44,717 bases of DNA from Gemmatimonadales bacterium (GCA_038320055.1 JBBQDU010000002.1:1-44717), one strand, 5' to 3'; positions 1-8,541 are shown, counted from the first letter of the stretch. Numbers and translations: made by a program. The notes: generated by a model not told the origin, from the letters alone.

Positions 1-1
1 C

Positions 2-202
2 GCCGCTCCGGAAATCGCGGGCGGTGCCGCCCGGCTCGTCGACCCGTTCAACGTCGCGAGCATCGAGGCTGGACTGGAGGCCGCCACCCAACCGGAAGAG
101 GCGGAACGGCTCCGGGCGCTGGGCCAGGAGCGAGCCCGAGCGTTCCGATGGGAAGGGGCCGCCCAGGGCACCATCGAGGCCTACCGGCGTGCGTTGGCCT
201 GA
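2..202 (+). CDS. glycosyltransferase family 1/4 (GT-B), C-terminal fragment; 5' end outside window
   Basis: Frame 2 reads without stops to AAPEIAGGAARLVDPFNVASIEAGLEAATQPEEAERLRALGQERARAFRWEGAAQGTIEAYRRALA* (TGA 200-202). This is the familiar PE.AG.A..LVDP ... AR.F.WE ... YR tail of GT1/GT4 enzymes. It is not in the ORF track because no start codon lies in the window. Confidence 0.7.
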   Translation, partial: AAPEIAGGAARLVDPFNVASIEAGLEAATQPEEAERLRALGQERARAFRWEGAAQGTIEAYRRALA

Positions 203-236
203 GCGCGACCATGTTTGAAGAGAGGAGGCGACGCCA

Positions 237-1142
237 GTGAGCGAGAAGCGCAGCCCGGAAGTGCCGCAGCCGATCTTCATCGTGGGCACCGGCCGGTGCG
301 GCTCGACGGTGTTTCACCGCGTTCTGGGGCGGCACCCGCAGCTGATGTGGTTGTCGGGTTTCGCGGAGGAATTTCCGCATCGTCCGGCGTGGAATCGCTG
401 GGCCGTGACGGCCATGGGCAACCCGGCCCTCCGCGCCATCTTCGGGAAGAGGATCAAGCCCGGCGAGAACTACGGCTTCTGGTACAAACATGCGTACGGG
501 TTCGCCGAGCCCGGGCGCGATCTGCTCGACTCGGACGTCACGCCGCGGGTCCGGCGCCAGGTGCGCACGGTGCTGGCCCGGATGCTGACCCACCGGCGCA
601 ATCGCATGCTGGTGAAACTGACCGGGTGGTCGCGCATCGGCTTCCTGAACGAGATCTTCCCGGACGCGAAGTTCATTCACATCGTGCGCGACGGACGCGC
701 GGTGGCGAGCTCGCTGCTCCACATCAACGAATGGCAGTGGCGTGGGTGGTACGGACCCTACAGCTGGCGGTACGGGCCCTTATCGCCCGAGGACCAGGCA
801 GCGTGGGAGAGGAGCGGACGCTCGTTCGTGGCACTGGCGGGCATCCAGTGGACCATCCATACACGGGCGATCGAATCGGCGCGCCGGCATGTCGATCCGG
901 CACGCTTTCTCGAGGTGCGCTACGAGTCCTTCTGCCGGGATCCGCTGGACACCTGCCAGCGGGTGATGGACTTCGCGGAGCTCGCCTCGTCCCCAGCCTT
1001 CGAGCGGCAGGTCACCGCGACGGCGGTCAAGGACAGCGACCGGTGGCGGCGGGATCTGAGTTCAGCGCAGGTGGCCATGCTGAGCGACCTGCTGAAGGAC
1101 GACCTGATACGCTACGGGTACGACCCGTCCCCCGGCGGGTGA
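237..1142 (+). CDS. sulfotransferase family protein (PAPS-dependent type)
   Basis: 301-aa ORF with a GTG start preceded by AGGAGG (223-228). It has an N-terminal IFIVGTGRCGSTVFH (5'-PSB P-loop-like motif) and a later FIHIVRDGRAVASSLL (3'-PB-like RD.R..A.S motif). Confidence 0.8.
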   Translation: MSEKRSPEVPQPIFIVGTGRCGSTVFHRVLGRHPQLMWLSGFAEEFPHRPAWNRWAVTAMGNPALRAIFGKRIKPGENYGFWYKHAYGFAEPGRDLLDSDVTPRVRRQVRTVLARMLTHRRNRMLVKLTGWSRIGFLNEIFPDAKFIHIVRDGRAVASSLLHINEWQWRGWYGPYSWRYGPLSPEDQAAWERSGRSFVALAGIQWTIHTRAIESARRHVDPARFLEVRYESFCRDPLDTCQRVMDFAELASSPAFERQVTATAVKDSDRWRRDLSSAQVAMLSDLLKDDLIRYGYDPSPGG

Positions 1143-1145
1143 CGG

Positions 1146-3617
1146 TTACTGGACCATCACTACCTCACCCGCCGACGGCACCCCGTTGCGATTGAGCACG
1201 AAGATCATGTACGGGCCCGGCGGAGCCAGGTTGGCGTTCGCGGGGGCCGTGACGCTCACGCCCGTCGCGGTGCGCGTGAAGCCGAGCGTGTTGGCGCGCT
1301 GGCCGGCGTCGAAGGCGTGGGTGACGCTGCCCAGGTGAATCCAGCGCACGCCGGTGATCTGCGCGGCGTTGGGCGTGGCCACGGCGAACGTCTGCCCGTA
1401 CCCGACGCTGGCGGGCGCGTTGGTGATGGTGGGACGGGCGCCCTTGAACAGGTAGGGCGGCGAGAAGATCTCGTGGTTCTGCTGATCCGGGACGGGCACC
1501 GCACCGGCGAACGCGTTGCCGCTCGCCCCGTGGAGCACGGTGCCGTCGGGGAGCAGCAGCGAGACCGAGTGGTACACCCGCATGACGCTGTTGGCGGCGA
1601 GCGTCGTCCACTGGTCGGTCGCCGGATCCCAGAGCTCGGCTTCCCTCGCGGCGTTGCCCGGGTTGATGTCGACGAAGCCCCCCCCGCGGGTGCCGCCGGT
1701 AACCAGGACGGTGCCGTCGGGCAGGATGGTCGAATTGAGGTGCCGCCGCGGGATGGCCATGGATCCCGTGCTGGACCATGCCGGGGACGCCGCGGTGAGA
1801 TCGATCTTTTCCGCGGTGGCCGTCGGTTGATTGTCCTTCGCGTCCGGCGACTGCCCCCACGTCCTGTTCCCGCCCCCACCCGCGTACATGATCTTACCCG
1901 GCTCGTACATGACGGCCGTGCCGTAGTCGCGGTTGAAGGGCCACCGATGGGCGAGCCCTGGGCTGGTCGTCCACTTGCCCTGGCCGCCAGCCGACGTGGC
2001 ATCGGGATCGAACCAGCGCGCCTGAATTCTCTCGCCGGCCATGAATACCAGCCCGTTCGGCGCCACGAAATTGCGCGGGTAGTACGGAATCTCCAGGGTG
2101 CCTGCCCCGCGAAGCTCGGCCCACGCGCCGTTGGCCCAGATTTCCGGCGTCGTGACGACCCTGCCGGCCGAATCCCGCCCGGCCATGGTCAGCATGCGCC
2201 CGTCGGGCAGCGTGGTGACCGTGGGATACCACCGGCCATGCGCCATCTTGGGGAGACCGGGCTGCCAGCTCTCGGACTGCGGATTAAAGATGTTGGTGAC
2301 GTCGATGCCCACGTCATCCTGCTTGTGGCCGCCGGACACCATGAGGCGGCCGTCCGGCATGAACGCGTGCCCCGAGCAGAAGAGCATGGTGTCTGCCCGC
2401 ACCACCGTGGCCGAGGTCGGGGCACCTTGCGAAGGCGTCCACAGCCGGGGGGCGGTCGCCATCATGCTGGTCATGCTGGTGCCGGCTTCGTACTTGCCCC
2501 AGGCGAGGACCTTTCCGGTGGGCAGCAGATGCATGTGCAGCGGAACGATGTCCCAGGGAACGAGCGGCCCCCATTTCCCGGTGGTCGCTTCGCTCGGAAG
2601 CGCCGACACCGCGATGGGAGCCGACGTCACGGAGCCGCTGCCCGCCGCGAACGTCAGGGTATACGACCCCGGTCCGCGAATGCCTAGGTCGCCAAAGCGC
2701 GCGACGCCGGCGCCGTCGGTCGTCGCAACGGTCTCACCCTCGACCGTCCCGCTCGCCGGCGTGGCGCTCACCGTCACCGCCACGCCCGCCGCAGGATCGC
2801 CGTTCGCGTCCCTCACCTCGATCACCGGCTGGACCTCCGGCGCGAACACTTCGCCGCTCAACGCCGCCACCGGCGGATTCCCGGTGAGCAGGACGGCGCT
2901 GCCGGAGGTGCCGCCGATCGTAATCGTCGCCGACACGACCGGGACCGTGCCCGCCGCAGTGAAGCGGAGCGTGTAGGCGCCGGCGGGGCCCGTGAGCTTC
3001 AGATCGGTGAAGGCGGTCGATCCATCCGGGCCGCTCGCGCGCGTCAGGGTGCCGCCGAGCGTGCCACTCCCGCTCGCAAGGGACGCCGTGACCGCCAGCC
3101 CACTCTCGGCGCGGTCGCTTCCATCGGGATTCTGCAGCTGGACGACGGGCTGAACCGCGAACTCCACTCCGCTCTGCGCGGTGCTCGAGGGCTGCGTGCG
3201 GAGGATCAGCATCGGGGTGCTGGCGTCTGCGGCGGTTGACACGAAGGTCACCGGTGAGCCCTGCACGCCGCTCACCGAAGCCGTGGTGGTCACCTGCCCC
3301 GGGACGGAGCCGAGCACCCGCTGGACCGCGGCTTTGCCGTCGGAACCGGTGGTGACCGACCCGGCCGAGACGCTACCCCCGCCCTGCACATCCCACTGGA
3401 CGCTGACGCCGGCCACCGGGCCGCCCGACGCATCGCTGACCAGCACGACGAGCGGCTGCGCGAGCGTCTGGCCGACGAGCCCGGTCTGGGCATCCCCCGC
3501 GGTGCCCGCAATGGCGGAGGGTGTTGGGGGTGCGACGGTGTCGCCACCGCATTGGAGAGTGCCGAGGACCAGGAGACCGATCAGCGCCCAGGGGTGCAGT
3601 TGTTTGAGAGGTGTCAT
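1146..3617 (-). CDS. secreted copper-radical oxidase (galactose/glyoxal oxidase-like, Kelch propeller + DUF1929 E-set) with three N-terminal bacterial Ig-like domains
   Basis: 823 aa with signal peptide MTPLKQLHPWALIGLLVLGTLQCGG, followed by about three ~100-aa Ig-like repeats. The catalytic half carries LFCSGHAF, RWYPTVTTLPDGR, RVYHSVSLLLPDG and SVTHAFD. These match the Cys-Tyr cofactor, axial Tyr and His ligands of galactose oxidase/GlxA-type enzymes. Confidence 0.85.
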   Translation of the reverse strand: MTPLKQLHPWALIGLLVLGTLQCGGDTVAPPTPSAIAGTAGDAQTGLVGQTLAQPLVVLVSDASGGPVAGVSVQWDVQGGGSVSAGSVTTGSDGKAAVQRVLGSVPGQVTTTASVSGVQGSPVTFVSTAADASTPMLILRTQPSSTAQSGVEFAVQPVVQLQNPDGSDRAESGLAVTASLASGSGTLGGTLTRASGPDGSTAFTDLKLTGPAGAYTLRFTAAGTVPVVSATITIGGTSGSAVLLTGNPPVAALSGEVFAPEVQPVIEVRDANGDPAAGVAVTVSATPASGTVEGETVATTDGAGVARFGDLGIRGPGSYTLTFAAGSGSVTSAPIAVSALPSEATTGKWGPLVPWDIVPLHMHLLPTGKVLAWGKYEAGTSMTSMMATAPRLWTPSQGAPTSATVVRADTMLFCSGHAFMPDGRLMVSGGHKQDDVGIDVTNIFNPQSESWQPGLPKMAHGRWYPTVTTLPDGRMLTMAGRDSAGRVVTTPEIWANGAWAELRGAGTLEIPYYPRNFVAPNGLVFMAGERIQARWFDPDATSAGGQGKWTTSPGLAHRWPFNRDYGTAVMYEPGKIMYAGGGGNRTWGQSPDAKDNQPTATAEKIDLTAASPAWSSTGSMAIPRRHLNSTILPDGTVLVTGGTRGGGFVDINPGNAAREAELWDPATDQWTTLAANSVMRVYHSVSLLLPDGTVLHGASGNAFAGAVPVPDQQNHEIFSPPYLFKGARPTITNAPASVGYGQTFAVATPNAAQITGVRWIHLGSVTHAFDAGQRANTLGFTRTATGVSVTAPANANLAPPGPYMIFVLNRNGVPSAGEVVMVQ

Positions 3618-3843
3618 ATCCCATCACTGTGGCGTGAATCACCGATTGTGGCGTCGCACACGCGACCGTGGCAACGGGCCGTCTCGATGCAGGAATCGGG
3701 CCGCCACTGGCGCGGTCTTCAAAACTGTAGGTGCTTGCAGGCGAACTACTTACCAGCGCGGGATCCGGTCGCCGTGGCGCTCCCACGACGCAAGGATAAC
3801 CGCATGCTGGCGCCACCGCCAAACACCGGCAACCGGCTCCGGA

Positions 3844-5541
3844 TTATCGCACCCGCACCACGTGGGCGAGCGACGGGACTCCATCGGCGTCCACGAGAAA
3901 CAGCATGTAGTGGCCCGGCGGGGCTATCGCGCCGGACGACGGCCCGTCGATCCGAATCCCCCCGGCGCTCCGGACGAACGCAAGCGGCACGTAGCGCTGG
4001 TTCTGATCGAAGGCATGCGTGACCGACGGGAGCCGCACGAGCGACACGCCGGTCACACGCCCCGCGTCGGGGCTTCCGATCTGCACGCTGGCGCCATAGG
4101 GGAGATCGTCGGGGGCGGCCACCACGACCGGCCTCGGACCGCGCAGCAGGTAGGGTGGCGTGAACAGCTCCGCGCTCACCTCGCGAGGCAGGTTGCCTCC
4201 GTCCCCACTCCCCGCGTGCAGCAACCGGCCATCGGGAAGCAGGACCGTCGTGCCGTGATAGACGCGGGTGACGGCATTCTCCGCCCAGGTCGTCCACGCG
4301 CCGGTGGCAGGCTCCCACACCTCGACTGCATGAACCCCACCCGCCGGGTCACTGAACCCGGCACTGCTCGTCCCGCCGGTCACGGCCACGCGTCCGTCCG
4401 GCAGCACCGTGGCATCGAGGTGACGCCGGGGCGTGCTCATCGGGGCCGTGTACGACCACGAGGGCGCGGCCGCATTCAAATCGATGACCTCGGCGGAAGC
4501 CGTCGGCGGTCCATCCGGCGGATCGCTCCCGCCGGCGATGAGGACCTCGCCGGGACGGTACATCACGGCCGTGCCGTAGTCGCGCCGGCCGTAGCGGCTG
4601 GTCGCGACCGGGGTCCAGCTGCCCGCTCCGGCCGGGTCGAGGTACGCGGACTGCGTGAGCTCGCCGGCGTAGAAGACGAGCCCGTTGGGCGCGACGAATG
4701 CGCGCGGATAGAGCGGCAGCACCTCGGCCGCGCCGGCCAGCACCCCCCAGCGCTCGCCGTCCCACACCTCCGGCTCGGCGACGTGCGCCCCATTCTCGTC
4801 CTGCCCCGCCAGCACCAGCACCCGGCCGTCGGCGAGGGTAATCGCCGTGGGATACCATCGCGCGTGCGTCATCGACGCGATCCGCGTCCACTGCGCGCTC
4901 CGCCCATCGAACAGGTTGGCGGCGGAGAGGCCGTGGTTGTCGCTGAGATGGCCGCCGGCCACGAGCAGTCGGCCGTCGGGGAGGAAGGCGTGGCCGGCGC
5001 AGAAGACGTCGGTTTCGGTTGGTACGGACGTGAAGAGGCCGGAGGCCGGCTCCCAGAGCTGAGGATCGCCGATCCGGCCCCAAGACAGGACCCGGCCATC
5101 GGCCAGGACGTGCAGATGCACGGCGACGACGGGCCACGCGAACGGCGCACCCCACTGACCGCGGCTGGCCATCGGCTCCGGCACCGTGGCGGTCGGGGGC
5201 GGACACGTGGGGCCGGGATCGGCAGCCGCGCCGGTCGCCTGCCCCCGGTAGGTCAACTGAATGGGGCCAGAGGTTACGGTGACGAGCCGCGTGACGCTCG
5301 GCGTGCCCGGCGCCGGACGTGCGCGCAGCGTGAGTTCACCAGCCTCGCCCGTCGCTGCGACCACAAAGCCGATGGTGACCGGCCCCGCATTGCGGTTCGT
5401 CACGTCGAAGCGACTCCCGCATGCGGGCTCGACCGCAACCAGCGCCGGATCGGCCTCGGGAGGGCTCGGAGGCGTGGTGTCCTGGCAAGCCGCCACAGCC
5501 AGGGCGAGGCCACCCGCCACCGCCCATCCCAGGCACGACAA
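3844..5541 (-). CDS. lipoprotein-type copper-radical oxidase (galactose/glyoxal oxidase-like + DUF1929), tandem paralogue of 1146..3617
   Basis: 565 aa with a TTG start and lipobox-like LALAVAAC. The same motif set is present (VFCAGHAF, RWYPTAITLADGR, RVYHGTTVLLPDG, SVTHAFD). The C-terminal ~130 aa align by eye with the upstream paralogue. The exact start is uncertain; GTG 21 nt downstream is possible. Confidence 0.85.
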   Translation of the reverse strand: MSCLGWAVAGGLALAVAACQDTTPPSPPEADPALVAVEPACGSRFDVTNRNAGPVTIGFVVAATGEAGELTLRARPAPGTPSVTRLVTVTSGPIQLTYRGQATGAAADPGPTCPPPTATVPEPMASRGQWGAPFAWPVVAVHLHVLADGRVLSWGRIGDPQLWEPASGLFTSVPTETDVFCAGHAFLPDGRLLVAGGHLSDNHGLSAANLFDGRSAQWTRIASMTHARWYPTAITLADGRVLVLAGQDENGAHVAEPEVWDGERWGVLAGAAEVLPLYPRAFVAPNGLVFYAGELTQSAYLDPAGAGSWTPVATSRYGRRDYGTAVMYRPGEVLIAGGSDPPDGPPTASAEVIDLNAAAPSWSYTAPMSTPRRHLDATVLPDGRVAVTGGTSSAGFSDPAGGVHAVEVWEPATGAWTTWAENAVTRVYHGTTVLLPDGRLLHAGSGDGGNLPREVSAELFTPPYLLRGPRPVVVAAPDDLPYGASVQIGSPDAGRVTGVSLVRLPSVTHAFDQNQRYVPLAFVRSAGGIRIDGPSSGAIAPPGHYMLFLVDADGVPSLAHVVRVR

Positions 5542-5596
5542 CGTGGTCGATTGGCTCAGTTTACCCTGCGCTGCTTTCGGTGTACGTTCTTCTCAC

Positions 5597-5667
5597 TGGC
5601 CCTTCGTCCAATGGCAGGACAGCGGACTTTGGATCCGTCAATGGTGGTTCGAGTCCACCAGGGCCAA
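5597..5667 (+). tRNA. tRNA-Gln (anticodon UUG)
   Basis: Manual cloverleaf: acceptor TGGCCCT/AGGGCCA (U1:A72, typical of bacterial tRNA-Gln), D arm GTCC-AATGGCA-GGAC, anticodon arm GCGGA-CTTTGGA-TCCGT (anticodon TTG), variable CAAT, T arm GGTGG-TTCGAGT-CCACC, discriminator A. CCA is not encoded. Confidence 0.9.
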
Positions 5668-5690
5668 TGGCGCGTTCCGTCCATTCGGAC

Positions 5691-6755
5691 TCACTGGTTG
5701 CAGGCTGTCCGGACGTGGGCCTTGGCCTTCGTGGCCATGTCCGCCATGGCGCTCTTGATGTCCGAGCGGCCGTAGTAGGTGGCGTCGTACATCCAGTTGT
5801 AGTAAGCGCACGAGTAGCTCTGATTCAGCATCGCGCTGCCGTAGGTTCGGATCTCGGTCGCGCTCATCGCGTACTTCCCCTTCGACCAGCCGGCGATTCG
5901 ACTCGAGCCGTTCCCCCCATCGAGCACGTTCAGCCCCACGGCGAGTCCCAGACCCTTCCGCTTCGCCGCCGCGACCTGGGCGGCAATCCACGAGCCGGGG
6001 TCGCCCTTGCCGCTGGCGTACTGAGCCCAGCCCGCATCCACATATCGGAACGTGGTCGAGGTGCTCGCGAGCCAGACCGGCTCCGCCCGCACGAACGTCG
6101 TCATCCCGGGCCAGAGTTGCTTGCTGTACTGCCCCATCGCCTCGAGCGTGCTCGGCGGAATGATCTTGCCTCCCCACTTCGCGGCGCGCTGGGGCTCGTC
6201 GATGAGAAAGTGGCCGATGATGGTGCCGTCCGCGATGTAGGGACCCAGGTTGGAATTCTTGAAGCGGCTCACCAGCGACTTCCATTTGGTGAAACTGAAC
6301 GTCCCGTCGCTGTTCTTGACGTAGCTGTCTTTCCCGTTGCACAGCTTGAGAATGACACGGCCGCCCTTGGCGCGGATGCCCGATAACAGGCTGCCGATGC
6401 TACTCTCGGTCACGCCGCCGCCGCGCAGCGTACCGGTCTGCACGCTGCTCAGCAGCGGGGTGTCCAGCCCGTACGTGGCGTGCGCGATGCCGGGGAATTG
6501 CGAGCTCGCCTCGAGGATCGTGCCCCCTGCCTCGCCGGTGCTCGAGGGCTCACCAGGCACCGAGTCGGAGGTGACTAGGGCGGAGTCTACCGGAAGCACC
6601 GAATCCGACGCGGCGAGAGCGGAATCCGCCGCCAACGGTGATTCACTCGACAGTCCAGCGGTGTCACTGTTGCACGCGGCGAACAGTAGAAGCAAACCGG
6701 CCGCGAGCGCCCGCGGCAAAGCGGCTCGGTACCATGCAGCCTGAAGATCCGACAT
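5691..6755 (-). CDS. hypothetical lipoprotein, possibly TIM-barrel glycosidase-like
   Basis: I take Met79 of the 432-aa ORF (ATG at 6755) as the start. It yields a lipoprotein signal, MSDLQAAWYRAALPRALAAGLLLLFAAC. A Ser/Asp/Ala-rich linker with DSxL repeats follows, then a globular domain containing HFLIDEP, reminiscent of the clan GH-A N-E-P acid/base strand. The function call is weak. Confidence 0.65.
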   Translation of the reverse strand: MSDLQAAWYRAALPRALAAGLLLLFAACNSDTAGLSSESPLAADSALAASDSVLPVDSALVTSDSVPGEPSSTGEAGGTILEASSQFPGIAHATYGLDTPLLSSVQTGTLRGGGVTESSIGSLLSGIRAKGGRVILKLCNGKDSYVKNSDGTFSFTKWKSLVSRFKNSNLGPYIADGTIIGHFLIDEPQRAAKWGGKIIPPSTLEAMGQYSKQLWPGMTTFVRAEPVWLASTSTTFRYVDAGWAQYASGKGDPGSWIAAQVAAAKRKGLGLAVGLNVLDGGNGSSRIAGWSKGKYAMSATEIRTYGSAMLNQSYSCAYYNWMYDATYYGRSDIKSAMADMATKAKAHVRTACNQ

Positions 6756-7147
6756 ACGCAACGCATCCCCTTTGGTGAATCGTAGCGGCCGAGCCCACCC
6801 CACGGTGCCGCACATGGTCGCAGACGCGGACGCAGCCGAGTCTGACGACCCCAACGCCGAGGGGCGAGGCCAATGGTGTGACCCCGGAGGGTCGCGAATT
6901 ATCTGGGGAGTTGGCCCGTGCCGGAGACGGCCACGGTTGCGACGGAATGGGCGCCGGGATGGCCCCATCTCGTTGTCACACGCTCGCATGTTGAATTTAG
7001 GGAAGGCCGCGGACGTGTCAATCGGGGCGAGCCGTTCTGGCGTGGGTCAGTTTGGCCGTGTGCAGGATGCCGGGCCGGCCGGAATGCGGTCACGGCCCGC
7101 GGCGGGCGCCACGAGCCCTTTGCGGGGAGATCGGGGTGATGTGAACG

Positions 7148-7185
7148 CACACTGCCGCCGGGCGAGGTCGCCCGACGGCAGTGTG
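7148..7185 (-). terminator. stem-loop immediately downstream of the PKD lipoprotein gene (no U-tract)
   Basis: CACACTGCCG (7148-7157) pairs with CGGCAGTGTG (7176-7185). An inner CGGGCG/CGCCCG helix has loop AGGT. The structure starts 18 nt past the stop at 7203. There is no T-run on either side, so its role as an intrinsic terminator is uncertain. Confidence 0.4.
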
Positions 7186-7202
7186 GTGGATGGAAGTCGA
7201 AG

Positions 7203-8435
7203 CTATGGTGCTGGTGTCGCCTTGACCGTGATCACGAGATCGTTGAAGTCCGGCTCACCCGGGCCGACGAAGCCGTCGTCGAACTCGATCGTCCAGCCGT
7301 CGGCGAAGTTACCGGTCACCCGGAGCTGCGGGCTGGTGGCTCCCGCGACGCCGGAGAGCACTTCGGCCGCAAGCTGCGTGCCGGCGGCGTAGGCCGCGCC
7401 GTTGTTCAGGGGGAACGAGCTCCCCACCGGATCGAAGCAGCCGTCGGTAAACAGGGTGTCGACAGCCGGCGCAGTGATGACGAACTTATTGTTGCGCACT
7501 TGGCAATCGCTGCTCACCAGCGTCACGAGGACGGTCGACGCCTGGTCGAGGCCCAGGGTGCAGTCGATGCCGTTACACGTAAGGGTCGCCGCGGGCGTGA
7601 CCCGGACCTGCCGGGTGGCCTGACTGGTCGCCCCGTCGCTCGTCACCACGAGCGTGATCGTGAAGGTGGTGGGCGAGGTCGCGGTATAGTGCACCGGCGG
7701 GGGGTTCTGCGCGGTGCTGGTCTGGCCGTCGCCGAAGTTCCAGGCGTAGGTGACGACGCTGCCCGACGGCGTGCTGGTGTTCGTCAGGGTGCAGTCGAGC
7801 CCGGTGCACGAAGCCGTAAAGCTCGCGTTGCCGGCCGACGACGCCGTCACGGTGACGGCCTGCGCGGCGCTGGTGGTGCTGGCCCCGCCGTTGTCCGTCG
7901 CGCTCACGGTGACATTGTACGTCCCGGCGGCCGCGTAGGTGTGCATCGGGGCGGCGCCGGTGCCCTGCTGCCCGTCCCCGAAGTCCCAGCTCCGCGTCGC
8001 AATGCTGCCGTCCGCGTCCGCGCTCAGATCGGTAAAGGCGCAGACCAGATTCGTGCAATCGAAGCTGAAGTCGGCGGTGGGCGGCGTGTTGGGAATGTCG
8101 CTGACGGTCACCTGCCGGTTGGCGGAATTGGTGGCGCCGCCGTTGTCCGTCACGGTGAGTGTTACGGTGTAGGTCCCGGCCGCGGAAAACGTGTGGCTGG
8201 CGTTCTGGGTCGCGGCGGTGTTGGACCCGCTGGAGGCATCGCCGAAGTTCCAGGCGTACGATGCGATGCTGCCGTCGCTGTCGGTGCCAGTACCGGCGAA
8301 GTCGCACGCGAGGAGGGTGCAGCTCGGCGGATTGAACGCGGCGGTCGGCGAGGCATTCGACGGCCCGCTGGAGTCGCCGCAGGCGGCCAGCAGCGCAGCG
8401 CTGGCAGCGAGGGTCAAGAGACGCGAGGAGCGCAT
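7203..8435 (-). CDS. PKD-repeat lipoprotein with Asp-rich C-terminal module
   Basis: 410 aa with lipobox LLAAC in MRSSRLLTLAASAALLAACG. Three PKD repeats each have C..L.C.F ... W.FGDG ... H.Y...G.Y.VTL.VTD..G signatures. The C-terminal ~130 aa end in EFDDGFVGPGEPDFNDLVITV, which resembles DUF4114 from memory (low confidence). Confidence 0.85.
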   Translation of the reverse strand: MRSSRLLTLAASAALLAACGDSSGPSNASPTAAFNPPSCTLLACDFAGTGTDSDGSIASYAWNFGDASSGSNTAATQNASHTFSAAGTYTVTLTVTDNGGATNSANRQVTVSDIPNTPPTADFSFDCTNLVCAFTDLSADADGSIATRSWDFGDGQQGTGAAPMHTYAAAGTYNVTVSATDNGGASTTSAAQAVTVTASSAGNASFTASCTGLDCTLTNTSTPSGSVVTYAWNFGDGQTSTAQNPPPVHYTATSPTTFTITLVVTSDGATSQATRQVRVTPAATLTCNGIDCTLGLDQASTVLVTLVSSDCQVRNNKFVITAPAVDTLFTDGCFDPVGSSFPLNNGAAYAAGTQLAAEVLSGVAGATSPQLRVTGNFADGWTIEFDDGFVGPGEPDFNDLVITVKATPAP

Positions 8436-8516
8436 AGTATTGGTTCCAAGCCCCGGGTTGAAAGGTACGGAGAAGCGGGAAAGGCGACGTCGCCACAGGT
8501 GACAGGCCAGAATGAT

Positions 8517-8532
8517 TGCCAGAGGTGTGCCA
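8517..8532 (-). promoter_or_regulatory. sigma54-type -24/-12 promoter-like element upstream of PKD lipoprotein gene
   Basis: The minus strand reads TGGCAC-ACCTC-TGGCA against consensus TGGCAC-N5-TTGCA, with correct GG-N10-GC spacing and one mismatch. The predicted start site is about 70 nt upstream of the ATG at 8435. Confidence 0.3.
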
Positions 8533-8541
8533 TTCCGCGGC

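Noticed and set aside
5542-5700. tRNA-Gln as an integration site of a genomic island
   Set aside because: I saw no integrase, recombinase or transposase, and no obvious direct repeat of the tRNA 3' end elsewhere in the window. Flanking genes on both sides are similar in composition. The island hypothesis is unsupported here.
3181-5775. 864-aa plus-strand ORF spanning both oxidase genes and the tRNA-Gln
   Set aside because: It is antisense to two motif-rich oxidase genes and runs straight through a well-folded tRNA. Its composition is junk-like.
6756-6989. 78-codon N-terminal extension of the lipoprotein ORF (5691..6989)
   Set aside because: The extension is Arg/Pro/Ser-rich and precedes a textbook lipoprotein signal peptide that starts at the internal ATG 6755.
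7400-8350. Possible DNA-level tandem repeat or CRISPR-like periodicity in the PKD gene
   Set aside because: The periodicity comes from protein-level PKD domain repeats (~80 aa) with diverged nucleotide sequences. There are no short identical direct repeats with unique spacers.
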